From assembly GCF_009914755.1 (NCBI RefSeq), contig NC_060946.1: a DNA stretch of 64,000 bases; one strand, written 5' to 3'. Made by a program: the position numbers and the translations under genes. The notes under the pieces are model-generated. The model saw only the letters and a program-made list of their open reading frames with translations. It was not told where the DNA came from and ran no database searches. This document shows positions 47,015 to 60,800 of the stretch, one piece after another (positions within the stretch are counted from its first letter, which is position 1; each line of letters opens with the position of its first letter). This DNA is from the human T2T-CHM13v2.0 reference genome, Homo sapiens.

Positions 47015-47655
47015 TAAAATTTTTTTTAAGTGCATTTTATTGTGTATACTTTAAGGTATCCAACATGATGTTGTATGATTACATATATACAGCAAAATGG
47101 TTGCTATAGTGGAAAAACTAACACATCCATCATCTCACATAGTACCCAGTTTTTCCCTGTGTGCCAGGAGCAGCTATAATCTCATTTAGCAAAAATCCTG
47201 AATACAATACAATATTATTAACAATAGTCCCCATGTTGTACATTAGAGCTCTGGACTTGTTCACCCTGTATATTTGCTACTTTGAATCCTTTGACCTATA
47301 TCTCTCCATTTCTTCCCTCTCACCCCAGATCTTGGTAACCACTGTTTTATTCTCTATCTCTACATACTTGATATTTGACTTTTTTTTTTGGTAAAGATTC
47401 CACATATGAGTGGAGTCATAAAATAGTTTTCTTCCTGTGTCTGGCTTATTTCACTTAGCGTATTGTCCTCCAGTTTCATGCATGTTGTGGCAAATGACAG
47501 ATCTCTCCCTTTTTAAAGGCTGAATCAGAAATAATATTCCATTGTATGTAAACACCACAGTTTCTTTATTCATTCATCCATTGATGGACATCTAGATTGT
47601 TTCCATATTTTGGCTATTGTGAGTATTGCTGCAATGAACATGGGAGTGTAGATAC

Positions 47656-47947
47656 CTTTTTTATTTTTTATTTTTTTTTGGGACAGGGTCTCCCTTTGTT
47701 GCCTAGGCTGGAGTGCAATGGCACACTCTTGGCTCACTGCAACCTTCGCCTCCTGGGTTCAAGCGATTCTCATGCTTCAGGCTCCCAAATTACAGGCGCC
47801 TGCCACTACGCCTGGCTAATTTTTGTATTTTTAGTAGAGAGAGGGTTTCGCCATGTGGGCCAGGCTGGTCTCGAACTCCTGACCTTGTGATCCATGCGCC
47901 TCGGCCTCCTGAAGGGCTGAGATTACAAGCGTGAGCCACTGCGCCTG
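47656..47947 (-). mobile_element. AluS inside L1
   Basis: TSD gggagtgtag(a/g)ta. Confidence 0.88.
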
Positions 47948-48548
47948 GGGAGTGTAGGTATCATTACAAGGTGGTGATTTCATTTCCTTTGGGTATATAC
48001 CAGAAGACATATTGCTGGGTCATATGGGAGTTCTATTTTTATTTTTTTTTGAGGAAACTCCATACTATTTTCCATAATGGTGGCATCAACCTACATTCCC
48101 ACCTAACAGTGTGCGAGGATTCCCTTTTCTCCACACCCTCGCCGACACTCGTTATCTCATGTCTTTTGATAATAGCTCTCCTAACGGGTGAGAAGTGGTA
48201 TCTCACAGTCATTTTGATTGGCACTTCCCTGAAGATTAGTGACGTTGGACACTTTTCCATTTACCTATTGGCCATTTTAATGTCATCTTTGGAGAAATGC
48301 CTATTAAAGTCCTCTGCTCATTTTTAAATTGTGTTATACATTTTCTTGCTATTGAGTTGTATGTGTTCTTTATAAATCTTGGATATTGAGACTTTAGTTT
48401 AAACAAGAATATATGTTTAAAAACTCAGATATTAACCCTTATCTAATATATGGTTTGCAAATGTGTTTCCCAATCTGTACATTGCCCTTTCATTTTGTTG
48501 TTTGTTAAAATAGTCTTTTATATGTATTTATTATTAAACACATTCTAA

Positions 48549-49061
<513 letters not shown>

Positions 49062-49098
49062 TGACAATACTGAAATTAGGGCAATTAATAACCCTACA

Positions 49099-50718
49099 AT
49101 GGCCTCTAAGAGTTCAAGTGAAAGGAAGAGTTGAACATATCTCACTTTAAATCAAAAGCTAGAAACAATTAAGCTTAGTGAGGAAGGCATGTCATAAGCC
49201 CAGACAAGCTGAAAGCTAGGCCTCTTAAGTCAAACAGTTAGCCAAGATATGAATGCAAAGGGAAAGTTATTAAGGGAAGTTAAAAGTGCTACTCTCTATG
49301 AATGATAAGAAAGTGAAATATATTTGCTGATATGGAGAAACTTTGAGCAGTCTGGATAGATCAAACCAGACACAACATTCCCTTAAGCCAAAGCCTAATC
49401 CAGAGTAAGGCCCTAACTCTCTTCAATTGTATGAAGGCTAAGAGAGGTGAGGAAGCTGCAGAAGAAAAGCTGGAAGCTAGCAGAGGTTGGTTCATGAGGT
49501 TTAAGAAAGAAGCTGTCTCCATAACAGAAAAGTGCAAGGTGAAGGGGCAAGTGCTGATGGAGAAGCTGCAACAAATCATCCAGAAGATCTGGTTAAGATC
49601 ATTGATGAAGGTGGCCACACTAAACAACAAATTTTCAAGGTAGATGCAACAGCTTTCTATTGGAAGAAGATGCCATCTAGGATTTTCATAGCAAGAGAGG
49701 TCAATGGTTGGCTTCAAAGCTTCAAAAGACAGGCTAACTCTCTTGATAGGGGCTAATGCAACTGGTGACTTTAAGTTGAGGCCAAGGTTCATTTACCATT
49801 CTAAAAATTTTAGAGCCCTTAAGAAGTATGCTAAATCTACTCTACCTGTGCTCTATAAATGAGACAAAAAAGCCTACATGCAGCATATCTATTTATGGGA
49901 TGGTTTACTGAATATTTTAAGCCCGCTATTAAGATCTACTGCTCAGAAAGATTTCCAAATATTACTGCTCATTTACCATGCACCTGGTTCTCAAGAGCTC
50001 TGATGGAGATGTATAAGGAGATGAATGTTGTTTTCATGCCTGCTAACACAACATCTATTTTGCAGCCCATGGATCAAGAAGTAATTTTGACTTGGAAGTC
50101 TTATTATTTAAGAAATACATTTCATAAGGCTATAGCTGCCAGAGACAGTGATTCCTCTGATGGATCTGGGCAAAGTAAATAAAAAAATCTTCTAGAAAGG
50201 ACTCAACATTCTAGATGCCAATAAGAACATTTGTGATTCATGGGAGGAGGTCAAAGTATCAACATTAACAGGAATTTGGAAGAATTGGTTCCAACCCTTA
50301 TAGATGACTTTCAGGGGTTCAAGATTTCAGAAGAGGAAGTAATTCAGATGTTCTGGAAATAGGAAAACAGCTAGAATTAGAAGTGAAGCCTGAAGATGTG
50401 AGTGAATTGCTGCAATCTCATGATAAAACTTGAGTGGATGAGAGGTGGCTTTTTATGGATAAGCAAAGAAAGTGGTTTCCTGAGATGGAATCTGTTCCTG
50501 TTGAAGATGCTGTGAACATCACTGAAATGATGATAAAGTATTTAGAAGATGATATAAAGTTAGTTGATAAAGCAGCAGCAGGGTTTGAGAAGATTGATTG
50601 CAACTTTGAAAGAAGTTCAACTGTGGATAAAAATATATCAAACAATATCACTTGCTATACAGAAATCTTTTGCGAAAGGAAGAATCAATTGATGTGGCAA
50701 ACTACATTGTTGTCTTAG
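49099..50718 (+). pseudogene. Disabled Tigger1 transposase reading frame(s)
   Basis: MASKSSSERKS* stops at codon 12; fragments in different frames (49431..49643, 49532..49756, 49859..50182, 50434..50718). Confidence 0.88.
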
Positions 50719-50956
50719 TTTAAGAAATTGGCACAACCACCCCAACCTTCAGCAACCACCACCCTGGTCAATCAGCAGCTATCAACATCGAGGCAAGACC
50801 CTCCATCAGCAAAAAGATGATGGCACACTGAAGGCTCAGATGGTCAGTAGCATTTTTAGCAATAAAATATGTTAAAATTATGTATGTACATTGTTTTCTC
50901 AGACATAATGCTATTGCACACTTAATAGACTACAGTATAGTGTAAACATAACATAT

Positions 50957-51544
<588 letters not shown>

Positions 51545-51669
51545 AACATAACTTTTATATGCACTAGGAAACCAAAAAATTTGTGTGACTCACTATGTTA
51601 TGATATCTGGTGTATTGTGGTGATCCAGAACCGAATCCTCAGTATCTCCCAAGTCTGCCTGTATGAGAG

Positions 51670-51890
51670 AGGCAGTGATGCTCAGTGGTTAGCTTCACAG
51701 GGTCTGGAGGCTGGCTACCTGGGTCCACATTCTAGTTATGCCACTGAACCTGAGCGTTGGCTCCTCCACTGTAAAATGAGGAGTCAGTTAAACTTCTGTC
51801 ATAGAGTTGTGAGAATTGCATAAAACACTGCATTGAGAGGGCTCAGCACAGTGGCTGTCACCTAGCTCGCTAAGAGGTAGGTGTGATTAT
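51670..51890 (+). mobile_element. MIR
   Basis: agtggttag...ctgtaaaatgag...gttgtgagaatt. Confidence 0.6.
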
Positions 51891-52919
51891 GTTTTGCTGG
51901 GCCCCACGGTCGGGGCACAGATAGATCACACAGTCTCTACTTTGAAGAAGCTCACAGACTAGTAGGGGAGAGACCGGTGATTACACTCTGCTGTGCCAAG
52001 AGAGCCTGCCCAAGGAGCTATGGGAACCGCATGCACTTAGATCCTATGAAACAGGATGGTTCAAATGACTCTGTCAACCCCAGAGTCCCTGGAGTAGGCG
52101 GATAATGAATAAACACTGTCATGTGTCAACAGCCCTAAATTCATCTTAAGAAGCCCTGTGGTGTGGTGGCTGTGCCTCTCGCAGGAGAGCGTGGGTCTGA
52201 GTTCTCTTTCTGCCGTGTATTAACCATGTGCTCTCGGACAAGGTGTTCATCTTTCAGTTCAGTACTTCAGCTCGTCCTTGAATTTTTATCAAGTGGTTAC
52301 TAGGTGTTGGTGTTGAGCTAGGTTCCACAGCAGAGAAGGGATCAATACAGACGGATTCCCCGTCCCCCAGAGCTGAGTCTTGAGAGGACCCTAGACAAAT
52401 AATTAATGCAGACGACCCAGAATGAAACCACAAGGGCAGCGAGGGCGTTGGCTGGTCGCCGGGAACAAGCTGCCATGAGCCAGGCATGGGGCCAAGCACT
52501 TTACAACAAGCCTGTTGAGGTGGACGCTATTAGTCTCCGTACATTAGAGATATGGAAGTGGAGGGACAGAGGGGTGAAGGAACGCCTCTAAAGATTCATT
52601 GCTCGTGTAAGTGAAAGAGCTGGGCTCTGACCCCGGGCAGGAGGTTCTAGGTGACTGCTGGGCTGCACTGTTACAGCACAGTACAGGATGCTGGGTAGTA
52701 GGGACAGTGCATGGCATAATCTGGGTACTGGCAGGTTGTCAGGAAGGCTTCCTGGAAGAAGCACCATCTCGGATGAGCCGTGAAGGATAAGTAAAAATTG
52801 GCAGATGAAAGGGAGGGCAGGGAGGTGTTTGAGAGAAGAGCAAGTGAGGGCCAACCAGAGAGAGGACAGGATGCTGAAGCCAGAAGTGTCATTTAGAGGA
52901 CGGAAACCAGACGGTTGGG

Positions 52920-53199
52920 CTGTGCGTGTGTGTGTGTGTGTGTGTGTATGTGTTTGTATGTATGTGTGTGTGTATGTCTGTGTGATGTGTGTGTCTGTGG
53001 GTCTCTGTGTGTGTGTATGTATGTGTACGTGTGTATGTCTGTGTGTGAGTCTGTGTGTGTGTCTGTGGTGTGTGTATGCATGTGTGTGTATATGTGTGTA
53101 TGTGTTTATATGGGTGTGTGTAGGTATTATGTGTATGTCTGTGTGTGGTGTGTTTGTATGTGTGTGGTGTGTGTGTATGTCTGTGAGTGTATATGTGTG
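52920..53199. repeat. Complex (TG)n tract
   Basis: ~280 bp of degenerate TG/TA repeats. Confidence 0.95.
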
Positions 53200-53420
53200 A
53201 ACTTACGAGCAATGGGGAGCCACTGAGGGGTTTTAAGTAGGAGGTTAATGTGACCAGATCTGTTTGCCCTGGTGGCTGAGTGGGGAAAGGACTGGAGGGG
53301 CAAGACCAGAAGCCATGGGCCCAGATTCCTCCATCGGGTGAAAAATGCTTGTGGCCTTTCCTACTTGGCAAAATATACCTTAATTTTCTAACCACAGATT
53401 TCCCCAAACCTGTCTTGGCC

Positions 53421-53712
53421 CTTTTCTTTTTTTGAGCCAGGGACTTGCTCTGTCACCCCAGCCAGAGTACAGTGGCACAATCACGGCTCACTGCAGCCTT
53501 GCACTCCCCAGGCTCAGGTGACAGGTGATCCTCCCATCTCAGCCTCCTGAGTAGCTGGGACTACAGACACGCGCAACCATGCTCAGCTAATTTTTGTATT
53601 TTTTGTAGAGACAGGGTTTCATCACGTTTCCCAGGCTGGGCTCAAGTGATTCTTTCACCTCTCAGCCTCCCGAAGTGCTGGGATTACAGATGTGAGCCAC
53701 TGCACCTGGTCC
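53421..53712 (-). mobile_element. AluJ
   Basis: Diverged dimer with internal deletion. Confidence 0.85.
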
Positions 53713-54117
53713 CCTTGGTCCATTTTAATCACATATGTATATTCAGTTTTGTGGCATAGAGTCAAGCCAGAGTGCTCAAACACCACCTACACCATTAACC
53801 CATGAGAGCGGAAATAGCTCGTGCAACGAGGACCCACAGGCCTGAGGATGCCCATGTAGCCACATTCCCATTTCCAGGCCAAAGACACACCCCTGCTCAG
53901 AAATCTCAAAGATTTCCATTGCCTCCATTGCCTGTCACATAGAACCAGGATTCCCAGCTAGATCCAATCAGATCCAAAACTCTCATCTTCTCAGCTCTGA
54001 CTCTGCCATCATGCTCTCCCAGCCGAATTAAGCTCTCCTCTCTTCTCCACCTAAAACAACACCCATTTCACTCTGGACAGCAGAGCTAGAAGCCACAGGT
54101 GGTAATGTACAGGTAGA

Positions 54118-54215
54118 CCCGAGACTAGGGTGAGACATCTAGGGTGCAAAATTTAAGGAGTCCCGTAAGCATCTCCAACTTTGCACCTTGCTTGCTTTAC
54201 CCTAGTTGGGCCCTG
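54118..54215. mobile_element. MER96-like palindromic hAT element
   Basis: gactagggtgag...gcaaaatttaaggag...accctagttgggccctg. Confidence 0.65.
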
Positions 54216-55270
54216 TGTAGGGAAGGAGAGGTCAGGTTGATATCCGGGTAAGTGTTGTGTTTTCAGAGCTGCCTCCCAAGGTAGTGAGCTATCTGTCACT
54301 GGAGGGGTACCAACAGAGGGGGTTCAGCTGCCTCTTAGGGATGCTGAAGAGAGAATTTCTACAGTAGCTGGGATTCTGAGGTTCCTTCTATCCCTTGGAA
54401 GCAGGGATTCTAAGAAGCCTTCCCTGATCCTCACAGCCCGAGCTGCCTCTCCCTCCTTTCATCACTGCCTTTACCTCTAAGATCACTCAGCTGGCAATTT
54501 ACCACAGGCTACCCCATGACATCTCTTGTATTGCTGTCTTGTCTTATTTCAGATTTCACAAGCTTGTGTGTCATTTTCCTAACGGAATTGCATCGAGGAC
54601 AGGGATTGAACTGAATACTTTCTGTTCTCTCTCTCTCAGTAGATATGGGAGACTTTAAAAATCCTCTCTGTCCCAATGCTTCATATATCATCTGATGTAC
54701 TCATCACATCAACCCCTTGGGTAGGTTCTATTAATGAGCCTGTTCTACAGGTGAGAAACTGGAGGTTCATAGAGGTGATAAATGTTAGCCATTATTTTTA
54801 ATAGGGACTCAGGACTGATGCTATCAGACTACCTGGGTGTGTATTTGCCTTGGGCAAATTCCTCAACATCTTTTTTTTTTTTTCAAATGAACCTGATGTT
54901 ATGAACATATATTTAACCTCTTTGAGCCTCAGTTTCCTTACTGTAAACTGGAATAATATCATTACCTATTTCACAGTTTCTTGTGAGGGTTAACTAAGTT
55001 AATCTACATGTGAGCTCTTTGAACAGTACATGCAGTGAGCTCTCAGTACCTGCTAGCTATTGTTAATTATTATTGTTGTTGTTATCACAGGAAGGCCTGG
55101 CATTATCAAATCTAGAAAAAGAATGAATAAAATGTGACTCTCAGTGTTTCCAGGTGACCTCTCACCTGCAGAGCCTCTGGTTTTTCTCAGCACTGTCCCT
55201 CACCCCAGGAGAGAGGATTCTGCCTCAGAAGCCGTTCATGTATATGGATATGTGAGTCTCTTGTGAGTCT

Positions 55271-56626
55271 AATCGGCAGGAATCAGCCCCCTAGAGTGTG
55301 ATCGGGCAGGAATCAGCTCCTTAGAGCGTGATCAGGCAGGAATCAGCAGCCCCAGAGCGTGATCGGGCAGGAATCAGCACCCCCAGAGCGTGATTGAGCA
55401 GGAATCAGCCCCCCAGAGTGTGATCGGGCAGGAATCAGCACCCCCAGAGTGTGATCGGGCAGGAATCTGCCCCGCAGAGCATGATTGAGCAGGAATCAGC
55501 CCCCTAGAGTGTGATCGGGCAGGAATCAGCCCCCCAGAGCGTGATCGGGCAGGAATCAGCCCCCCAGAGCGTGATCGGGAGGAATCAGCCCCCCAGAGCG
55601 TGATCGGGCAGGAATCAGCCCCCCAGAGCGTGATCCGGCAGGAATCAACCCCCTAGAGTGTGATCGGGCAGGAATCAGCCCGTAGAGCGTGATCAGGAGG
55701 AATCAACCCCCTAGAGTGTGATCGGGCAGGAATCAGCCCCCCAGAGCGTGATTGGGCAGGAATCAGCCCCCCAGAGCGTGATCGGGCAGGAATCAGCCCC
55801 CCAGAGCGTGATCGGGAGGAATCAGCCCCCCAGAGCGTGATTGGGCAGGAATCAGCCCCCCCAGAGCGTGATCGGGCAGGAATCAACCCCCCAGAGCGTG
55901 ATCGGGCAGGAATCAGCCCCCCAGAGCATGATTGGGAGGAATCAGCCAACAGAGCATGATCAGGCAGGAATCAACCCCCCAGAATGTGATCAGGCAGGAA
56001 TCAGTCCCCCAGAGCATGATCAGGACGAATCAGTTCCCCAGAGTTTGATCGAGCAGGAATCAGCCCCGCAAACCATGACAGGGAGGAATCAGCCCCCAGA
56101 GCATGATCAGGCAGGAAATCAACCCCCCAGAATATGATCAGGCAGGAATCAGCCCCCCAGAGCGTGACCGGGCAGGAATCAGTCTCCCAGAGCGTGATCA
56201 GGCAGGGATCAGTCCCCTCAGAGAGCCTCCCGGAGCACGGTCAGGCAGGAATCAGCACCCCAGAGTGTGATTGGGAGGAATACGTCCCCCAGTGTGTGAT
56301 CAGGGAGGAAATCAGTTTCCCAGAGTGTGATCCGGCAGGAATCAGTATCCCAGAATGTCATCAGGCAGGAATCAGTCCCCCAGAGAGTGACTGGGAGGAA
56401 TCAGCCCCTTAGAGCGTGATTGGGCAGGAATCAGCTCCCCAGAGCGTGATTGGGAGGAATCAGCCCCTCAGAGCGTGATTGGGCAGGAATCAGCCCCTTA
56501 GAGCGTGATTGGGCAGGAATCAGCTCCCCAGAGCGTGATTGGGAGGAGTCAGCCCCTTAGAGTGTGATTGGGAGGAATCAGCTCCCCAGAGCGTGATTGG
56601 GAGGAATCAGTCCCCCAGACCGTGAT
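55271..56626. repeat. Minisatellite/VNTR, ~45 copies of a 29-31 bp unit, consensus CCAGAGCGTGATCGGGCAGGAATCAGCCCC
   Basis: Counted ~45 GGAATCAG cores at ~30-bp period. Confidence 0.97.
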
Positions 56627-58109
56627 GGTCCCTGGGACAAGTGTAAAGAGTGGTATTGAGACTACAAAGCTGAGGGCAAGAGTTAGTCTTTAATGAGTGA
56701 TTGACTAATTGAATAAAAACACTTTGGAAGCCTTCTCTGTGCCAGGGAGGCAGATCAGGATGAGAAGGCCAGAATCTTTGCTCTGAAATCTTCACAGATG
56801 AGGGGCAGGGGAGGACAGAGGAGTGACCCCCAAAGCCAGCCTGTCCACAGAGAAGCAGATGAGAAAGCGGGGCCACCTCCTACCACAATCCCCAGGAGGA
56901 ATGGGGCTTCCATGGGACAAGGAAAGTTACTGAGAGAAGTTGCAGCTGATCCAGACAGCTCAGCGAAGACCAAGGTCAGGGAGGCTGAGTTGGTTGCACC
57001 AGTTGTTGCATATGTGTGGGAGAGGTAGGGGTTCTTGGGGAGACCGCCAAGGCCTCTGCCACCCTCGCTTAGGAAGAGTGGGCACGGGGAAGACCCCCAA
57101 GGCTACTCCCCACCTCCCTACTCCCCGTGGCTCTGGTCAGCAGTGGCTGCTTTAGTTGCCATTGGGAAGGCAAACACTGTTTGCATTCCTGTCATTTAAA
57201 ACAATGTGGTGTTGTGACACTCTGGAATCTGAAGATAAATGTTTAATAAAAGGATTCAATTTGATATGATGTCGGAACTTAATTAGATCCACAATGCACA
57301 GAGGGCTTGGCAAGCCCTTCAATTAGGAGCTACTTAAGGGTGTTGTGTGTGGGGATCTGCAGCGCTGTCAAGGGACTGCGGGGGCTGGGATGGTGCCTCC
57401 CAGCCTTGAGAGCTGCCCTCTATAGATTCGGGCTCAAGGGCACTGCTTTTTGGCATTTCTGGTAGAGGTGATGGAGGGTCCCGGCCCATTCTGTGCTTGG
57501 AACTCTGCATATGCTAGGATTGTGGCTGCAGCATGTGACCACAGAATGATGCAAATGAACCTGACCTATTTGAGACTCAGGGCTATGACCCCAGGTCAGG
57601 TGCAGACTCTTCAGAGGCAAACGTTGGACAGGGGAACTGCCTTTAAGCCCACTTGGCCCAGAGTCCAAGGGCAATGAAGCTCAAGGCTGCCAGGAACTGG
57701 TAAACAGCTGTGTTTGTGATCCTGGCCAGGACTGACATCAGGCAGGCAGGTACTGATATAGCTACATCAATAGTCAAATATGAGTTGATAAAATGCCTGC
57801 TGTCCAAGCACCCCGAAATGCCCCTTCTGCCCACTGCTTTGGTCCCTCCAGCCCCTCCACTGGGATCTCTTGAGCCTCCCCAGCAACTAAAGTGTGGGAG
57901 TCTGACCAGCCGCGGGTCTCCAGGCTGTTGTTCTAGCACTGTGGCCGGCGTCTGTTCTGTCTGGTCAGGACCGAGGCCTCAGCAGTTGTGAAATCTGCTG
58001 ACCATCATCCCCAATTCCAGCCTGTAAAAATGATAGCCGTCTCGGGGACAAGGGAGTAGAGACCTGGGACCATGAGTTTCAGCATCAGACTCCACGAATT
58101 CAGGAGTGT

Positions 58110-58610
58110 CAGTGCTGCTGGCTATGAGTTGTGTGGATACCCTGAGCCTCCTCTGTAAACCGGGTTAATAACACCAATGTCAAAACATGGTTGTGAAGAT
58201 TAAAGAGCATAAATAATGTGGGTGGTTCCAGGGCTTAATGGTAAGCACTTTAGCTGCAGACTCCAGCAATCCAAGTTCAAGTATCAGTAGGACATTTTAT
58301 TAGATATAGAATGTAATGCATAAGAGTATAATATCTGGAAGAACCAGCCTGTGTGGGTTCAAATCTCAGGGCTGCCACTTACTAGCCATGACCTCGGGTA
58401 AGACATGTCACCTCTTAGTGCCTTACATTCTTTATTGGAGAATACAATGATAAGTATCTACTGGGGTATTGGAAGGATAGGTCAGCTAATATTTGTAATG
58501 GACTTAGAAGAGTACTTTATGCATAGTAGGGATTCATTAAATGTCAGCCATTACTATATTAGTATAACATAAGGTGCCTGGCACATAGTAGATGCTTAAT
58601 AAATGGTATT
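58110..58610 (+). mobile_element. Nested MIR fragments surrounding the tRNA pseudogene
   Basis: ggttgtgaagattaaa; gccacttactagc; gtgcctggcacatagtag. Confidence 0.6.
58224..58295 (+). pseudogene. tRNA-Gln(CTG)-derived pseudogene, 72 nt, degenerate
   Basis: Ungapped alignment to recalled human tRNA-Gln GGTTCCATGGTGTAATGGTAAGCACTCTGGACTCTGAATCCAGCGATCCGAGTTC...; many CpG-type changes; anticodon arm disrupted. Confidence 0.85.
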
Positions 58611-59354
58611 GACTACAACCACATTGAGAATAATCTTCCACTCTGCCTGGAGTAAAAGACTCTAGCCTCCTAAGTCCCTGAGATCCTTACTAGTTTTCTT
58701 CATTGTTTTTACCAGCCAATATCTTCCGTACATTCATAGTTTATCGTCCCTGGAAATCTCATAACTTCTTGGAGGAGAGAGGCCACCTCCTGGTTATGCC
58801 TCTTCCCACAACCCTCTCACTTGGCCAGCATCCGCCTGGTTATTTGGCTGGTCATACGCTCCACCACGAGCACACAACACATGTCCAAAGAATGTGCTTC
58901 CCACGCTCCTCAATCCTCACTTTCCCAAACATACCCCCTCCACCACCTTCCAGCTTGCTACCACTTAGCAGATGCCTGATATGTTTTAGCTCAATGAATG
59001 AATGAGAGAACCCAGACCAAAGAAGTCTTTTGTCCTAAGCTTGGGAGAGGATGCTTTTTACCAGTGGTTTACCGGCTGCGGGTATTTCATCCATTAGACA
59101 CATCCTTTCCCGCTAATGCTGTGATTTCCAAAGTTCATTCTGCTGATTCCAGCCCCAGGAGATGCTAAGAGGAGATACAAAATAAAGGGGTTCCACTGGC
59201 AAGTAAGTTTGGGAAATGCTGAACAAGGGGAGGTTAAATAGGTTTCCTTACCTCAGGGCTTTTCTGTGCCTTTACTATGCTAACTGCATTGTCAAACTCT
59301 AATGTGGGAATATAGTGCTCAATGTTTCCAAAAGTTCATTTCATTACAGGCTCT

Positions 59355-59357
<3 letters not shown>

Positions 59358-59397
<40 letters not shown>
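59358..59397. repeat. Perfect (TG)20 microsatellite
   Basis: Direct reading. Confidence 0.95.
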
Positions 59398-59398
<1 letters not shown>

Positions 59399-59639
59399 AT
59401 GTGTGTCTTTCATCTCACGGGGCTACAATCTTTGGATCACTCTTTGGGGAACACTGCAGTAAATGAATCTTGGATTTCACACCTGTACTTTCATGCACAG
59501 CAGGGAGTAATGAAAAAGCAAAATGCAAAGGTTTCTAATACCTTTCTCCCTCAAGTGCTAGTGTGGGAGGCATTTCTATACATGTCCCTACAGTCAGCAT
59601 CTACACATGCCCCTACAGCTTTTGCTATGCACCGTTGAC

Positions 59640-60800
59640 ATGATTTGAGTAATCTGACCACCTGGCTTCTTTCTTGATGTGCCGTCTTCCCTTGGCGTCT
59701 GGGTCCTCAAGGTTGCTTGGTTTTCTTCCTGTTCATTTTCAGACTCCTTTGCAAGGTCCTCTTCCTCTGATTATCTTGTACATTTGGTGTTTCTGGGGCT
59801 CTCTCTTTGGCTGTCTTCTCTTTTCATTCTACATATGTTCCTCAGAAATCTCATCTCTGGCTTCCGTTTTCACTTACATACTGATGACCCACAAGTCTTT
59901 ATATACAACCCAGTCCTGTCTTCTTTCCCTTGAGTTCTTGGTGCGCTGGCTGTCCCCCCGTGAATATCCCACAGATATCTGAACCTCAACCTGAACTTAG
60001 TGTCCATTTCCCCCATCCTCTTATGCTGGCTCAATAATAAATCATGCCTTCCTCCAGCCCATTTCCCAAGCTGCAAACCTTGGAGTCATCCTTGATTTCT
60101 ACCTCTTCATCTCCACTCCCAGCAAATCGCCAATTCTTTAACATGTCTTGAATCTGGACCCCTACCAACCGTTCCCTGCACTCTCAGAACACCCTCCAAC
60201 CCCCAAGTGGCTCCCCTGCTTCCCTCTTCCCTACCACTGATTACTTCCACTCTGTAGTCACTGTGATTTACAAAAGGTGAAATCGGAGCTGCCTCTCCTC
60301 AGTGCCTCCCCATTCCTACAGGATGACGTCCAAACTCTTTGACAAGGTCAACAGGGTCCACCACAATTCGACAGCTGCTTTGATCTTCAGAAACTACATC
60401 CTGTTGTAAGTCCCAGGACCCACCACGCTCTCTCCTATCTCTGGACGTTTGCCACGTGCTTCCTGGCTGTCCTTCCCAACTCACTTCTCTATCACTTCTC
60501 CTCTCTGCCCACCCCTGGATACTCCCTATTGATGCCTTAGTGCTCAGTTTACACATCATTTCCTTGAGGAAGGCTTCCTTGAAGACTGTCCCTTCCCCCA
60601 CATCACCCCAAATCCTGAGCCGGCAGCTCCTTCTGGTTCCCATGGCACCCCGCACTCTTTGGTATGGCGACATTCCTGGACTACATTGAAAGGCCTGTGG
60701 CCTGCTTCCTTGCCTGTCTCCTCCACTGGTGTGAAAGCCCCTTGAAGAGCTGCTGCATTCATCATTGTATCCTGAGGCAGAGGCAGAGGCAGCCTGTCCA
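59640..60800 (+). mobile_element. L2 element
   Basis: aaaccttggagtcatccttgatt, ctgatgacccacaagtc. Confidence 0.6.

Larger units (their letters stand above)
46696..48503 (-). mobile_element. L1MA-like LINE-1 3' fragment carrying two nested Alus, bounded by a 15-bp TSD
   Basis: Reverse-oriented L1MA 3' UTR/ORF2 end; gttaaaatagtcttt at 46681-46695 and 48504-48518. Confidence 0.85.

Noticed and set aside
49099-50718. Possible domesticated TIGD-like transposase gene
   Set aside because: Stop at codon 12 and multiple frameshifts
55271-56626. CRISPR-like array, or repeat-encoded proteins (GGLIPARSRS repeats; ORFs 55653..55949, 55841..56137, 56134..56412)
   Set aside because: Units are contiguous with no unique spacers and there are no cas genes; the ORFs arise from the 30-bp period and are broken by 29/31-bp units
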